Below, in pieces: positions 51,095-63,920 of a stretch of 64,000 nucleotides of DNA. The translations under genes were made by a program, and so were the position numbers. The notes beneath the pieces were generated by a model. That model was not told where the DNA came from. It did no database searches and saw only the letters and a program-made list of their open reading frames with translations. Source of the stretch: an uncultured Spirochaetaceae bacterium (GTDB lineage: Bacteria > Spirochaetota > Spirochaetia > DTKZ01); the NCBI GenBank assembly GCA_964397655.1, contig CAYNKA010000014.1:23234-87233 (forward strand), in the 5' to 3' direction. Every line of letters begins with the position of its first letter. Positions within the stretch are counted from its first letter, which is position 1.

Positions 51095-51112
51095 TATATC
51101 GAACCTTTGTTT

Positions 51113-51141
51113 ATTATATTTAACACGGTTTGATTTGTCAA
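51113..51141 (-). promoter_or_regulatory. consensus sigma70-type promoter TTGACA-N17-TATAAT on the minus strand reading toward tdh-kbl
   Basis: The reverse complement of 51113-51141 reads ttgaca aatcaaaccgtgttaaa tataat. Confidence 0.5.
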
Positions 51142-51169
51142 CCTCCGCATCCGCAGAAGGAGTCATGAC

Positions 51170-51748
51170 ATGGAAGCGTCGAAACCCCCGGTAATCGGAA
51201 AAAATATGCAGTATCTCAGAAAGCAGCAGAGTCTCACCTTGGACGTGCTCGCCGAAAAAAGCGGTGTTTCGAAGGCGATGTTGTCGCAGATCGAGTCCGA
51301 GAAGGTGAATCCCACGGTCGCCACCGTGTGGAAGATCGCCCAGGGCCTCGGCGTCGAGATCAACGAGCTGCTCAAGGGCGAGACTGTCTCTCCGCGCCGG
51401 TTCAAGGTCACGCCGAAGGACCGGATCACCCAGCTCGACACCGACGAGCCGGGCGTACACATCAAGGTTCTCTCCCCCATCTCCATGGCCGAAGATCTCG
51501 AGATGTACTACGTCACCTTCCAGCCGAGGGGAGTGCTCCGGTCCGAGCCGCACTTCCCGAACACCGAGGAATTCCTCACCATCATCAAAGGTTCCGTCCG
51601 GGTGGCTGCCGGAGACAATACTTCGGATTTGCAAGCGGGGGATTTCATCACCTACCATTGCGACGTGGCCCATTCTATCGAAAACCTTACCGACGGACCC
51701 GCCGAGGTCCACATGGTGGTGAGATTCAACCGACGCAACTGGAATTGA
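51170..51748 (+). CDS. XRE-family HTH transcriptional regulator with a C-terminal cupin domain
   Basis: 192 aa. HTH_3 (LTLDVLAEKSGVSKAMLSQIE) and a cupin beta-barrel. Confidence 0.8.
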   Translation: MEASKPPVIGKNMQYLRKQQSLTLDVLAEKSGVSKAMLSQIESEKVNPTVATVWKIAQGLGVEINELLKGETVSPRRFKVTPKDRITQLDTDEPGVHIKVLSPISMAEDLEMYYVTFQPRGVLRSEPHFPNTEEFLTIIKGSVRVAAGDNTSDLQAGDFITYHCDVAHSIENLTDGPAEVHMVVRFNRRNWN

Positions 51749-51789
51749 ACGCATCGACGGCCGCACGCAAAGGCCGGCAAGGAGGAATC

Positions 51790-52902
51790 GTGGCCGAGGT
51801 TCTCAACACGACGGTTTTGAACGGCTGGCACAAGCGGAAAGGCGCCAAGATGGTGCCGTTCGCGGGCTGGGAAATGCCGCTTCAGTACGACAAGGGACCC
51901 ATCGAAGAACACCACCTCGTCAGGAGGTCCGCGGGCCTTTTCGACATCAGCCATATGGGCAGGTTCGAGGTGACGGGACCAGGAGCCCTCCCCTTCTTGG
52001 AGGGCCTGGTGTCCAGCAGGATGGGCGATCTCGCGACGAACCAGTCCCGATACGGGCTCCTCCTCCGGGAGGACGGCGGAATCCTGGACGACCTCTTCGT
52101 GTACCGCCTGCCGGAGAAATGGCTCGTCGTGGTGAACGCCTCGAACCGGGAGAAGGATTTCGCCTGGATGGCCTCGCGCGCCGGAAAGGATGCGCGAATA
52201 GTCGACGTGTCCCGCGAGGTCGCCATGATCGCGCTTCAGGGCCCGCGAGCCCTCGACGTTTTCTCCGCGGCTACGGGAACGGAGGCCGGCGGCTTACCCG
52301 AACGATTCTCCTCAGTCCGCGCGCGGGCCGCGGGTTCCGAATTCCTCGCGGGACGGACCGGCTACACCGGCGAAGACGGCTTCGAACTCTTTCCGCCGGC
52401 CGACCGCGCGGAGCGGCTCTGGGAGGAACTCCTCAAGGCGGGCACGAGCGCCGGCATCGAGATCGCCCCGATCGGGCTCGCGGCCCGGGACTCCCTCAGG
52501 TTCGAGCCCGGCTTTTCCCTGTACGGGCACGAATTGAACGAATCGATCACCCCGGTCGAAGCCGCCCTGCTCTGGGCCTGCGACCTGTCCAAGGAGTTCA
52601 CGGGTGCCCGGGCCGTGCGTGAGCGCAAGGCTTCGGGACCGCGGGAAAGGCTCGCTACCTTCGAAATGGTGGAACGGGGCGTGGCACGCGAGGGCTATCC
52701 GGTCGTGGACGAGGCGGGCGCCGAGGTCGGAAGGGTCGCGAGCGGCATGTTCGCTCCCACGGTGAACAAGTTCGCCGGCAACGCTTTTTTGAGAACCGAC
52801 CTTGCGGTACCCGGAAAAATTATCTACATTCGAATCCGGGAAACGAACAAGCGGGCCGTCGTCGTGAAGCGCCCGCTCTACGTGCCTGCATACCGAAAAT
52901 AA
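51790..52902 (+). CDS. gcvT: glycine cleavage system aminomethyltransferase T
   Basis: GTG start after an AAGGAGGA RBS. 370 aa of GcvT-like sequence. The upstream part of the track ORF overlaps the regulator and is rejected. Confidence 0.9.
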   Translation: MAEVLNTTVLNGWHKRKGAKMVPFAGWEMPLQYDKGPIEEHHLVRRSAGLFDISHMGRFEVTGPGALPFLEGLVSSRMGDLATNQSRYGLLLREDGGILDDLFVYRLPEKWLVVVNASNREKDFAWMASRAGKDARIVDVSREVAMIALQGPRALDVFSAATGTEAGGLPERFSSVRARAAGSEFLAGRTGYTGEDGFELFPPADRAERLWEELLKAGTSAGIEIAPIGLAARDSLRFEPGFSLYGHELNESITPVEAALLWACDLSKEFTGARAVRERKASGPRERLATFEMVERGVAREGYPVVDEAGAEVGRVASGMFAPTVNKFAGNAFLRTDLAVPGKIIYIRIRETNKRAVVVKRPLYVPAYRK

Positions 52903-52917
52903 ACGAAGGAGGACTCG

Positions 52918-53307
52918 ATGAAATTCGATCCGGGAGTCAGATATCTCAAGTCGCACGAATGGGCCCGCAAGGAGGGCGATCTCGTCGTCGTCGGCATCTC
53001 CGATTACGCCCAGGACAGCCTGGGAGACGTCGTGTTCGTCGAGCTTCCCGCGGTCGGGAAGGTCTTGAAGAAGGAAGAGACCTTCGGCGTGGTGGAGTCG
53101 GTAAAGGCCGCGAGCGACGTCTACAGCCCCGTTTCGGGGACCGTCGAGACGGTGAACGAAGCTCTCAAGGACGAGCCCGCACTCATCAATTCCGATCCGT
53201 TCGGCGCCGGCTGGTTCGTCAAGATCAGGCCGGCGAACGCGAAGGAACTCGACGGTCTCCTTTCGGCCGAGGATTACGAGGTCCACGTGAAAGGCATCCA
53301 AAAGTGA
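52918..53307 (+). CDS. gcvH: glycine cleavage system H protein
   Basis: 129 aa with the lipoyl-lysine motif ESVKAASD. Confidence 0.9.
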   Translation: MKFDPGVRYLKSHEWARKEGDLVVVGISDYAQDSLGDVVFVELPAVGKVLKKEETFGVVESVKAASDVYSPVSGTVETVNEALKDEPALINSDPFGAGWFVKIRPANAKELDGLLSAEDYEVHVKGIQK

Positions 53308-54650
53308 GCGTTCCCTTCGTTTCCAACACCTGCGAAGACGAGAAGAAGATGCTCGCGGCCCTCGGCCTTTCTTCCGCATCGGAGCTTTTCGAGGCGATCC
53401 CGGAGAAGCATCGCTATCCGGGGCTCAGGCTTCCGCCGCCGCTTTCCGAGCCCGAAATCCTGGAGGAACTCGGCCGCATTTCAGGCAAGAACGCGGCCGC
53501 TTCCCCGTCGCTTTTCGCCGGCGGCGGAGCTTACCATCATTTCGTCCCCTCGGTCGTCGACGCGCTCTCCTCACGGGGCGAGTTCCTCACCTCCTACACG
53601 CCCTACCAGCCCGAGGCAAGTCAGGGCACGCTCCAGGCCCTCTTCGAATACCAGACCATGGTGGCCGATCTCTTCGGCATGGACGTGGTGAACGCCTCGC
53701 ACTACGACGGAGCGACATCTCTGGCCGAGGCCGTGCTCATGGCCTGCCGCGCCGGAAGCGGAGAAAGGAAGAAGGTCCTGCTCTCTCCCGGGATCCATCC
53801 GGAATACCGGGACGTCATCGGCACGTACACCGGCGTCCTCGACGTTTCCGTGGAGGTATGGGACGAGTCTCTCGCGCCCGAGGCCGTCGCGGCGAGGATC
53901 GACGCGGGCACGGCCTGCGTCGCTGTCGCCTTTCCTTCGTTCTTCGGCGACCTCGTCGACTACCGCGGCCTCGCGAAGGCCGCCCGCGACAAGGGCGCCC
54001 TTTTCGTCGTCTCCGCCGACCCGATCGCCCTCGGCCTCTTCGATCCGCCCGGAACCTGGGGCGCCGACGTCGTTACCGGAGAGGGGCAGTGCCTCGGGAA
54101 CCATCTTTCCTTCGGCGGACCCTATCTGGGGCTCTTCGCCGCAACGAAGGAGCTGGTCCGGAAGATGCCGGGAAGGCTCACGGGCATGACTCGGGATGCG
54201 GACGGGAAGTGCGGTTTCGTGCTCACCCTCAGCACCCGTGAACAGCACATAAGGCGCGAGCGCGCCACGAGCAACATCTGCTCGAATCAGGGACTCGCAG
54301 CCCTCCGAGCCGCGATCTATCTTTCCGTCATGGGCAAGAACGGCCTCCGCACGGTGGCGGAGCTCTGCTACCGGCGTTCCCATTACGCGGCTGAGCGACT
54401 CGGAAGCCTTCGCGGTTTCTCCGTCCTGAACCGGAGTCCGTTCTTCAAGGAATTCGTCCTGCGCTGCCCGAGAAACGCCGCAGACCTGGGGAGGGCCCTC
54501 GCTCCCAGAGGAATCGTGCCCGGCGTCCCTCTTTCACGGTATTACCCCGAAAGGAAGAACGATCTTCTCGTGTGCGTGACCGAGATGAACGACCGCAAAC
54601 GCATCGACGCCCTGGCCGAGGCCCTGGAAAAGGAAACGATTCATGGATAA
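53304..54650 (+). CDS. gcvPA: glycine dehydrogenase (decarboxylating) subunit 1
   Basis: GTG start overlapping the gcvH stop (GTGA). 448 aa. Confidence 0.85.
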   Translation: MSVPFVSNTCEDEKKMLAALGLSSASELFEAIPEKHRYPGLRLPPPLSEPEILEELGRISGKNAAASPSLFAGGGAYHHFVPSVVDALSSRGEFLTSYTPYQPEASQGTLQALFEYQTMVADLFGMDVVNASHYDGATSLAEAVLMACRAGSGERKKVLLSPGIHPEYRDVIGTYTGVLDVSVEVWDESLAPEAVAARIDAGTACVAVAFPSFFGDLVDYRGLAKAARDKGALFVVSADPIALGLFDPPGTWGADVVTGEGQCLGNHLSFGGPYLGLFAATKELVRKMPGRLTGMTRDADGKCGFVLTLSTREQHIRRERATSNICSNQGLAALRAAIYLSVMGKNGLRTVAELCYRRSHYAAERLGSLRGFSVLNRSPFFKEFVLRCPRNAADLGRALAPRGIVPGVPLSRYYPERKNDLLVCVTEMNDRKRIDALAEALEKETIHG

Positions 54651-56088
54651 GAGTCTCGAACCATTGATCTGGGACGCGGGTTCGCCCGGCAGGACCGGCG
54701 TCGCGCTTCCCGCTTTCGACGTTCCCGAATACGGGCTTCCGGCGGGGATTCCGCTCAGGAAGGACCTTCCTCTCCCCGAGGTTTCGGAGCTCGACGCGGT
54801 GAGGCATTTCACCCGGCTGTCGCGGCTCAATTTCAGCATCGACGCCAATTTCTATCCGCTCGGCTCCTGCACCATGAAGTACAATCCGAAGGTGAACGAG
54901 AAGGCCCAGAGTCTCGACGGCTTCGCTTCCTGCCATCCCCTCCTCGACGAGGCCCTGTGTCAGGGCTCCCTCGAGCTCATGGAGAAGCTCCAGGGCTTTC
55001 TCGCGGAGATCGCGGGCTTCGAGAAGGTGAGCCTCCAGCCCGCGGCGGGGGCCCACGGCGAGCTGGCCGGCGTCCTCATGATCCGGGCCTATCATCGGAA
55101 ACGGGGCGACTTCGGAAGGACGAAGATGCTCATCCCGGACAGCGCCCACGGCACGAACCCGGCCTCGGTCGCCATGGCGGGCTTCCAGGCCGTGCAGATA
55201 CCTTCCGACGCGCGCGGCAACATAGACCTCGCGGCGCTCGAAGCGGCCTGCGACGGGACGACGGCGGGCCTCATGATCACGAACCCGAACACGCTCGGCC
55301 TCTTCGAGGAGCGGCTCGAGGAGGTGATCGGCATCGTGCACGGCGCCGGCGGCCTCGTCTACGGCGACGGCGCTAACCTGAACGCCCTTCTCGGCGTGTT
55401 CAAGCCGGGCAGGGCCGGCGTCGACGTGATGCACTTCAACCTGCACAAGACCTTTTCGACGCCCCACGGCGGAGGTGGTCCCGGCGCCGGACCGGTCGGT
55501 GCGGGATTCCTTCTCGACGAATTCCTTCCCGGTCCCATCGTCGAAAAAAGCGAGGGCTCCTACCGGCTCGTCATGCCGCCCTCGTCCATCGGCAGGCTCA
55601 AGGCCTTCTACGGCAATTTCGGCGTGCTCGTGCGGGCCTTCTCCTACATTTCCATGCTCGGAGCCGAGGGTCTCGAGGCCGCTTCCCGCTGGGCCGTGCT
55701 CAACGCCAACTACGTGAAGAGCCTCGTCGGATCGCGGTATCGCGTGCCCTACGACAGGACCTGCATGCACGAGTTCGTGGCGGTGGGACAGCCGACCGAG
55801 GACGTCCACACGATGGACGTAGCGAAGAGACTCATCGACTACGGATTTCACCCGCCGACGGTGTATTTCCCGCTGATCGTGAAGGAAGCGCTCATGATCG
55901 AACCGACGGAAACCGAGTCGCGGGAGACCCTGGAGGCCTTCGCTTCCGCGCTGCTCGCCATCGCGAAAGAGGCGGAGGAGAGTCCCGAGCTCGTGAAGGG
56001 GGCGCCTCATTCCACGCCGGTGCGCAGGCTCGACGAAGTGAAGGCAGCGAGGGATCCCGTCCTGAAACGCGAGACCGGGCGGGCTTAG
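54643..56088 (+). CDS. gcvPB: glycine dehydrogenase (decarboxylating) subunit 2
   Basis: 481 aa with the PLP lysine context NLHKTFSTPHGGGGPG. Confidence 0.9.
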   Translation: MDKSLEPLIWDAGSPGRTGVALPAFDVPEYGLPAGIPLRKDLPLPEVSELDAVRHFTRLSRLNFSIDANFYPLGSCTMKYNPKVNEKAQSLDGFASCHPLLDEALCQGSLELMEKLQGFLAEIAGFEKVSLQPAAGAHGELAGVLMIRAYHRKRGDFGRTKMLIPDSAHGTNPASVAMAGFQAVQIPSDARGNIDLAALEAACDGTTAGLMITNPNTLGLFEERLEEVIGIVHGAGGLVYGDGANLNALLGVFKPGRAGVDVMHFNLHKTFSTPHGGGGPGAGPVGAGFLLDEFLPGPIVEKSEGSYRLVMPPSSIGRLKAFYGNFGVLVRAFSYISMLGAEGLEAASRWAVLNANYVKSLVGSRYRVPYDRTCMHEFVAVGQPTEDVHTMDVAKRLIDYGFHPPTVYFPLIVKEALMIEPTETESRETLEAFASALLAIAKEAEESPELVKGAPHSTPVRRLDEVKAARDPVLKRETGRA

Positions 56089-56328
56089 CTGCACCTGCGG
56101 CTGCCGCCTTGTTTTTTTGTCCCGGTGTGGTATATTGTTCGATGTCTGAACAATAGAGATAATATAAAGTCTGCGACACCCAGTGCTTTTCATAGCCTCC
56201 CGGAGGATCGTACAGCATGTTTCGGCTGCGTTTCGATCGCCGGTTGGCAGTTTTCCCGCCTCTTTCAATCGGCCGGCAGCCGAAGGAAGAGGTCTATCCG
56301 CTATCGAGAGACCGAATCGAAACCGCCA

Positions 56329-56850
56329 ATGAACGAATCACTTTCCATTCATCAACACGACAAGGAACTTGAAATCCTCCGGAACATCTATCGCAACGAG
56401 GAAATCCATCAGCGAGACATCGCCGAAATCGTCGGCCTTTCCCTGGGCATGACGAACGCGATCATGAAGCGTCTCGCGGTGAAGGGCTTTCTCACGGTGC
56501 GCAAGGTGAACAACAGGAACATCATGTACGCGGTGTCCCCGTCAGGGGTGGAAGAGATCGCGAAAAGAAGCTATAAATACTTCAAACGGACGATCAAAAA
56601 TATCGTATTTTATAAAGACAGCATCGAAATCCTCGTCAAGGACGTCAAAAGAGAGGGGTACCGAAAAGTCGTCCTGATCGGGGAAAGCGACGTCGATTTC
56701 ATCGTCGAACACCTGTGCCACAAGTACGGCCTGTCGTACGCTCACGCAAGGAAGGCGCAGTCCGACGAGACGGATGCGTTCGTTCTTTTTTCGGAAAACA
56801 TGACCGAACGGGGGTCCCGGAATCTTCGGGACATACTCTTCCCCGTATGA
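56329..56850 (+). CDS. winged-helix transcriptional regulator (MarR/PadR-like), hypothetical
   Basis: Start at internal [36 protein letters not shown]. Confidence 0.4.
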   Translation: MNESLSIHQHDKELEILRNIYRNEEIHQRDIAEIVGLSLGMTNAIMKRLAVKGFLTVRKVNNRNIMYAVSPSGVEEIAKRSYKYFKRTIKNIVFYKDSIEILVKDVKREGYRKVVLIGESDVDFIVEHLCHKYGLSYAHARKAQSDETDAFVLFSENMTERGSRNLRDILFPV

Positions 56851-56869
56851 CATTCGTAGGGAGAAAAGC

Positions 56870-58300
<1,431 letters not shown>

Positions 58301-58397
58301 ACAAGGAATCTGGAAGGCGACCCAAGCCTCAGACACACCCGAAAAATCCTGCGTATGCTGCGATCCGGGTGGTACAACCATGAGGAGAAAAACCCCA

Positions 58398-59570
58398 ATG
58401 GAAAAGAAAAGACGTTATCTGTTCACCTCCGAATCAGTTTCGGAAGGGCATCCCGACAAGCTCGCCGACCAAGTGAGCGACGCGGTGCTCGACGCATGCT
58501 TCAAGGAGGATCCGAATTCCCGGGTCGCCTGCGAAACATTCACCACGACGGGGATGGTCCTCGTCGGCGGCGAGATCACCACGAAGACCTACGTCGACGT
58601 GCAGGAAATCGCCCGCGGCGTCGCAAAGCGCATCGGATACACCAAGCCCGAGTACGGCCTGGACTACGAGAGCATGGCGGTCATCAACGTTATCCACGCC
58701 CAGAGCCCGGACATCAGCCAGGGCGTGAGCGGCCACGGACTCAAGGAGTTCGAGGGCCAGCAGGGCGCCGGAGACCAGGGCATGATGTTCGGCTTCGCCT
58801 GCAACGAAACCCCGGAGCTCATGCCCGCTCCCATCATGTACGCCCACAGGCTTCTCGAGTACGCCGCCGAAATCCGGAAGAACGGCACCGTGACCTGGCT
58901 CAGGCCCGACTCCAAGAGCCAGGTGACCATCGAGTACGAAGGCCACACCCCCAAGCGGATAGACACCGTGGTCGTGAGCCATCAGCACGACGACACGATC
59001 GGCTACGACGACCTCAAGCAGGAGATCATCGACAGGATCATAAAAGTCGTCCTCGATCCCACCGGGCTTCTCGACAAGAACACGAAGTATTTCGTGAACC
59101 CGACCGGCCGCTTCGTCATCGGCGGACCCCACGGGGACACGGGGCTCACCGGCCGCAAGATCATCGTCGACACCTACGGCGGCATGGGCCGGCACGGCGG
59201 CGGCGCGTTCAGCGGAAAGGACCCGTCCAAGGTGGACCGTTCCGCCGCGTACATGGCCCGCTACGTGGCCAAGAACGTCGTGGCCGCCGGCCTCGCCGAG
59301 CGATGCGAAGTCCAGGTGGCTTACGCCATCGGCGTCCCCTTCCCCGTATCGGTCATGGTGGACACCTTCGGCACCGGCACCGTTCCCGAGGACAGGATCT
59401 CCAAGGCCATAACGAAGGTCTTCGACCTTTCCCCCTCCGGGATCATCAAGACGCTCGACCTCCGCAAGCCCGTGTACCAGAAGACGGCCGCTTACGGCCA
59501 CTTCGGTCGAGACTCCTTCACCTGGGAGAGGACCGACAAGGCCGCCGCCCTCAAGAAGGAAGTGGGCTGA
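58398..59570 (+). CDS. metK: S-adenosylmethionine synthetase
   Basis: Start at [21 protein letters not shown]. MetK signatures GGGAFSGKD and hexapeptide GAGDQG. Confidence 0.9.
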   Translation: MEKKRRYLFTSESVSEGHPDKLADQVSDAVLDACFKEDPNSRVACETFTTTGMVLVGGEITTKTYVDVQEIARGVAKRIGYTKPEYGLDYESMAVINVIHAQSPDISQGVSGHGLKEFEGQQGAGDQGMMFGFACNETPELMPAPIMYAHRLLEYAAEIRKNGTVTWLRPDSKSQVTIEYEGHTPKRIDTVVVSHQHDDTIGYDDLKQEIIDRIIKVVLDPTGLLDKNTKYFVNPTGRFVIGGPHGDTGLTGRKIIVDTYGGMGRHGGGAFSGKDPSKVDRSAAYMARYVAKNVVAAGLAERCEVQVAYAIGVPFPVSVMVDTFGTGTVPEDRISKAITKVFDLSPSGIIKTLDLRKPVYQKTAAYGHFGRDSFTWERTDKAAALKKEVG

Positions 59571-59699
59571 TCCCGATTCCGAGACGCGCCGGACGGCCGT
59601 CCGGTCTCGGAAAAACGGCAGCAAGAAAGCGAAGCCGGGCGCGAGTCCGGCTTCTCCTTTTTATAAGGGTCGGGATGGCATGAAGGGACCGATGGGATT

Positions 59700-60005
59700 A
59701 TGAGGTTGACGGAATACGAGGTTGCGGCGATAAAGAAGGTCGTTCGGGCTCATTTCGGGCCTGACGCCAAAATCTTTCTCTTCGGTTCCCGAGTCGACGA
59801 CGCTAAGAAAGGCGGGGATATCGATTTGCTTGTGGAGTATTCTTCACAGGGAAGTGACGTCGTCAAAAGAAAACTCCAGACGATCGCTGAACTTCAGCTC
59901 GCGCTCGGGGATCAGAAAATCGATATTGTCACAACGTACCGCGATTTTCGTCCCGACGACAGGCTTATCGTAAAAAAGGCCAGGGAAACCGGGGTAAGGC
60001 TATGA
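59700..60005 (+). CDS. minimal nucleotidyltransferase (MNT) domain protein, antitoxin-type (MntA/HI0073-like)
   Basis: 101 aa with GS-x10-DIDLLV, the polymerase-beta-type NTase motif. Confidence 0.65.
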   Translation: MRLTEYEVAAIKKVVRAHFGPDAKIFLFGSRVDDAKKGGDIDLLVEYSSQGSDVVKRKLQTIAELQLALGDQKIDIVTTYRDFRPDDRLIVKKARETGVRL

Positions 60006-60481
60006 AGGAAGAAACCGTCGCAACGATCGAATCTTCAGTAAAGGAATGTGAGACTCATATTCTGCGCCTGCGACGAGGCGAGCGTCTTTTGGCCGGTTTT
60101 TTCCCACTGACCATGGAAAGTTACTCCGATCTTGACGACGAAAAAATCGAGCATATCGATCAATTTTTGTATCGATTTTCCAAACTGCAGGATTCCATGG
60201 GTACGAGACTTCTTCCTTCCGTTTTTGCGTATTTGGAAGGAGATGATTCTCCCAGGCCTTTTCTCGATGTGTTGAACCGGCTGGAGAAGTTGGGGATCTT
60301 ATCCGACGTGAAAGACTGGCAATTCTTTCGTTCACTTCTGAACAACCTCGCCCATGATTATCCCGGAAGTTCCGCTCAAACCGTCGAGACGCTTAATCTG
60401 CTTTTTAGTGAATGGCGGCGTTTGGCTGATACCTTCGCTCGCGTGCGTGATCGTTATATGCAAAATGTCAAACGAAGCTGA
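60002..60481 (+). CDS. HEPN-fold partner protein (HepT/HI0074-like), putative toxin
   Basis: 159 aa, overlapping the MNT gene by ATGA. The C-terminal R-x7-AHDY resembles the HEPN Rx4-6H motif, though it is not a perfect match. Confidence 0.45.
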   Translation: MKEETVATIESSVKECETHILRLRRGERLLAGFFPLTMESYSDLDDEKIEHIDQFLYRFSKLQDSMGTRLLPSVFAYLEGDDSPRPFLDVLNRLEKLGILSDVKDWQFFRSLLNNLAHDYPGSSAQTVETLNLLFSEWRRLADTFARVRDRYMQNVKRS

Positions 60482-60696
60482 TTAATCGGGAAGAGATCAC
60501 GAAGGCACGAAGAGGAAATTTACATGAGGACGCATGAAACATTCCTTACCCTCATTGATGGACCCGAAGGAGATTTCCTCGAAAACGTGAAGGCGATCGC
60601 CCAGACGGTGTGGTGAGTTTCGACCCGAAATCCTACACCGAACGTATGAGGAGTGAACGTGGAATCATCTACCGAGTGTGTTTTAAAAGGTGAAGA

Positions 60697-62132
<1,436 letters not shown>

Positions 62133-62163
62133 CGGAACCGGAACGGAATCTACGGATGATCTT

Positions 62164-63294
62164 GTGAACGTGGACGGCAGACATTACAGGACGATCTGGA
62201 TCGATCCGGACGACCGAAGCGTCGTCAGGGTCATAGACCAGCGCAGGCTTCCGCACGAGTTCGTCGTCGCGGATCTCCGCACGGTGGAGGATTTCAGGCG
62301 CGCGATCAAGGACATGCAGGTCAGGGGAGCCGGCCTCATCGGCTCGGCCGCTGGCTACGGCATGTACGTCGCGGCGCTGACGGCGCCTCGAACAGGGTTC
62401 GACGACTTCATGAGGACCGCGGCAGAAACGCTCCTCGCGACGCGGCCGACCGCCGCGAATCTCGGCTGGGCGGTGAGGCGCCAGCTTGCGGCGATGGCGG
62501 CTTGCGAAACCGTCGAGGCCAAGATCGAAGCGGCCTTCGGGACCGCCGAGGCGATAGCGGACGAGGACGCCGAGGCCTGCCGTCGCATCGGAGGATACGG
62601 CCTCGGGATCATCCGGGAAATCTCCGCCCGCAAGGGCGGCGGGCCCGTCGAGATCCTCACGCACTGCAACGCGGGCTGGCTCGCCTTCACGGACTACGGC
62701 ACCGCGACTTCCCCGGTCTACGCGGCCCACGACGCGGGCATCCCGGTCCACGTCTGGGTGGACGAGACCCGGCCGCGCAACCAGGGAGCAGGCCTCACCG
62801 CATGGGAACTCGGCAAACACGGCGTGCCGCACCACCTCGTCGCGGACAACGCGGGCGGGCACCTCATGCAGCACGGAATGGTGGACATGGTCATCGTCGG
62901 GAGCGACCGGACGACGAGACGGGGGGACGTCGCGAACAAGATCGGCACCTACCTCAAGGCCCTCGCCGCGAGGGACAACGGAGTGCCCTTCTACGTGGCG
63001 CTCCCGTCCTCGACCTTCGATTTCGCGATGCTCGACGGGCTCGCGGAGATCCCCATCGAGGAGCGCGACGGCGACGAGGTACGGCGCATCGCGGGCAGAA
63101 CGGCCGACGGCGGACTCGCCGAGGTCCTCCTCTGCCCGGAAGGCACCGAGGCCAGGAACTACGGCTTCGACGTCACACCCGCTCGCCTCGTGACGAAGCT
63201 CATCTGCGAGCGCGGCGTCTGCGACGCCTCCGAGGAAGGCATTCTTTCGCTTTTTCCCGAAGCCGGGCGCGTGGCATGCGGGGAAGCGAAATGA
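62164..63294 (+). CDS. mtnA: S-methyl-5-thioribose-1-phosphate isomerase (eIF-2B alpha/beta/delta family)
   Basis: GTG start. 376 aa with family motifs (GAGLIGSAA, HCNAG, VGSDR). Confidence 0.8.
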   Translation: MNVDGRHYRTIWIDPDDRSVVRVIDQRRLPHEFVVADLRTVEDFRRAIKDMQVRGAGLIGSAAGYGMYVAALTAPRTGFDDFMRTAAETLLATRPTAANLGWAVRRQLAAMAACETVEAKIEAAFGTAEAIADEDAEACRRIGGYGLGIIREISARKGGGPVEILTHCNAGWLAFTDYGTATSPVYAAHDAGIPVHVWVDETRPRNQGAGLTAWELGKHGVPHHLVADNAGGHLMQHGMVDMVIVGSDRTTRRGDVANKIGTYLKALAARDNGVPFYVALPSSTFDFAMLDGLAEIPIEERDGDEVRRIAGRTADGGLAEVLLCPEGTEARNYGFDVTPARLVTKLICERGVCDASEEGILSLFPEAGRVACGEAK

Positions 63295-63920
63295 GTTCGG
63301 TCGGGCCGGGCGAAGGCTACGTCAAATTCGCCGTCGTGCTGGAGCCGGGCGATCTGCCCGGGGACGCCGGAGTCGGCCGGCTGAACGAGATCAGGACCGA
63401 GCTCTTCGATCTGGGCCTCGTCGGGGTCCTTCCCGACGGGATCGGCTTCGGCAACGTGAGCGCCCGGTACGATGACCGCGGCAGGTTCGTCGTGAGCGGG
63501 ACGAGGACCGGAGGCAAGCGCGTGCTCGACAGGACGGATTACTGCCTCGTCGAATCGTTCGATCCTGAGCGGAACGAGGTGCGCTGCACCGGGCGGGTCC
63601 CGGCATCTTCCGAGGCGATGAGCCACGGATCGGTGTACCGGGCGAGCCCCGAAGCCGGCTGCGTCGTCCACGTGCACAGCCGCGTCTTGTTCGATTTCCT
63701 GCTGGAAGCGGGATACCCGAGAACGCCGAAGGAGGCCGCCTTCGGTACCCCGGGGCTCGCCCGGGCGATCGAGGCCCTCGTCGCGTCCTCGGCTTACCCG
63801 GAAGGCGTCTTCGCGATCGAAGGCCACGAGGAAGGCGTCTTCGCGTTCGGAAGGGACTGCGACGCGGCGCTCGGACTCGTGCGTGAGACTCTCGGCAAGT
63901 TGAAAGGAGCGCAGGCGTGA
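63291..63920 (+). CDS. mtnB: class II aldolase/adducin family protein, likely methylthioribulose-1-phosphate dehydratase
   Basis: ATG overlaps the mtnA stop (AATGA). 209 aa with AGCVVHVHS, a metal-binding His cluster. The longer track ORF 62502-63920 is rejected. Confidence 0.6.
   Translation: MSSVGPGEGYVKFAVVLEPGDLPGDAGVGRLNEIRTELFDLGLVGVLPDGIGFGNVSARYDDRGRFVVSGTRTGGKRVLDRTDYCLVESFDPERNEVRCTGRVPASSEAMSHGSVYRASPEAGCVVHVHSRVLFDFLLEAGYPRTPKEAAFGTPGLARAIEALVASSAYPEGVFAIEGHEEGVFAFGRDCDAALGLVRETLGKLKGAQA

Noticed and set aside
58301-58397. SAM riboswitch upstream of metK, or a glycine riboswitch upstream of gcvT.
   Set aside because: The leaders are short (about 95 nt and 40 nt). I could not recognise the conserved SAM-I or glycine riboswitch cores by eye. 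A covariance-model search would be needed to be sure.
62502-63920. 472 aa ORF.
   Set aside because: Its N-terminal two thirds overlap mtnA in an alternative frame and read as Arg/Gly-rich nonsense. Only the C-terminal 209 aa from the ATG at 63291 resemble a class II aldolase.
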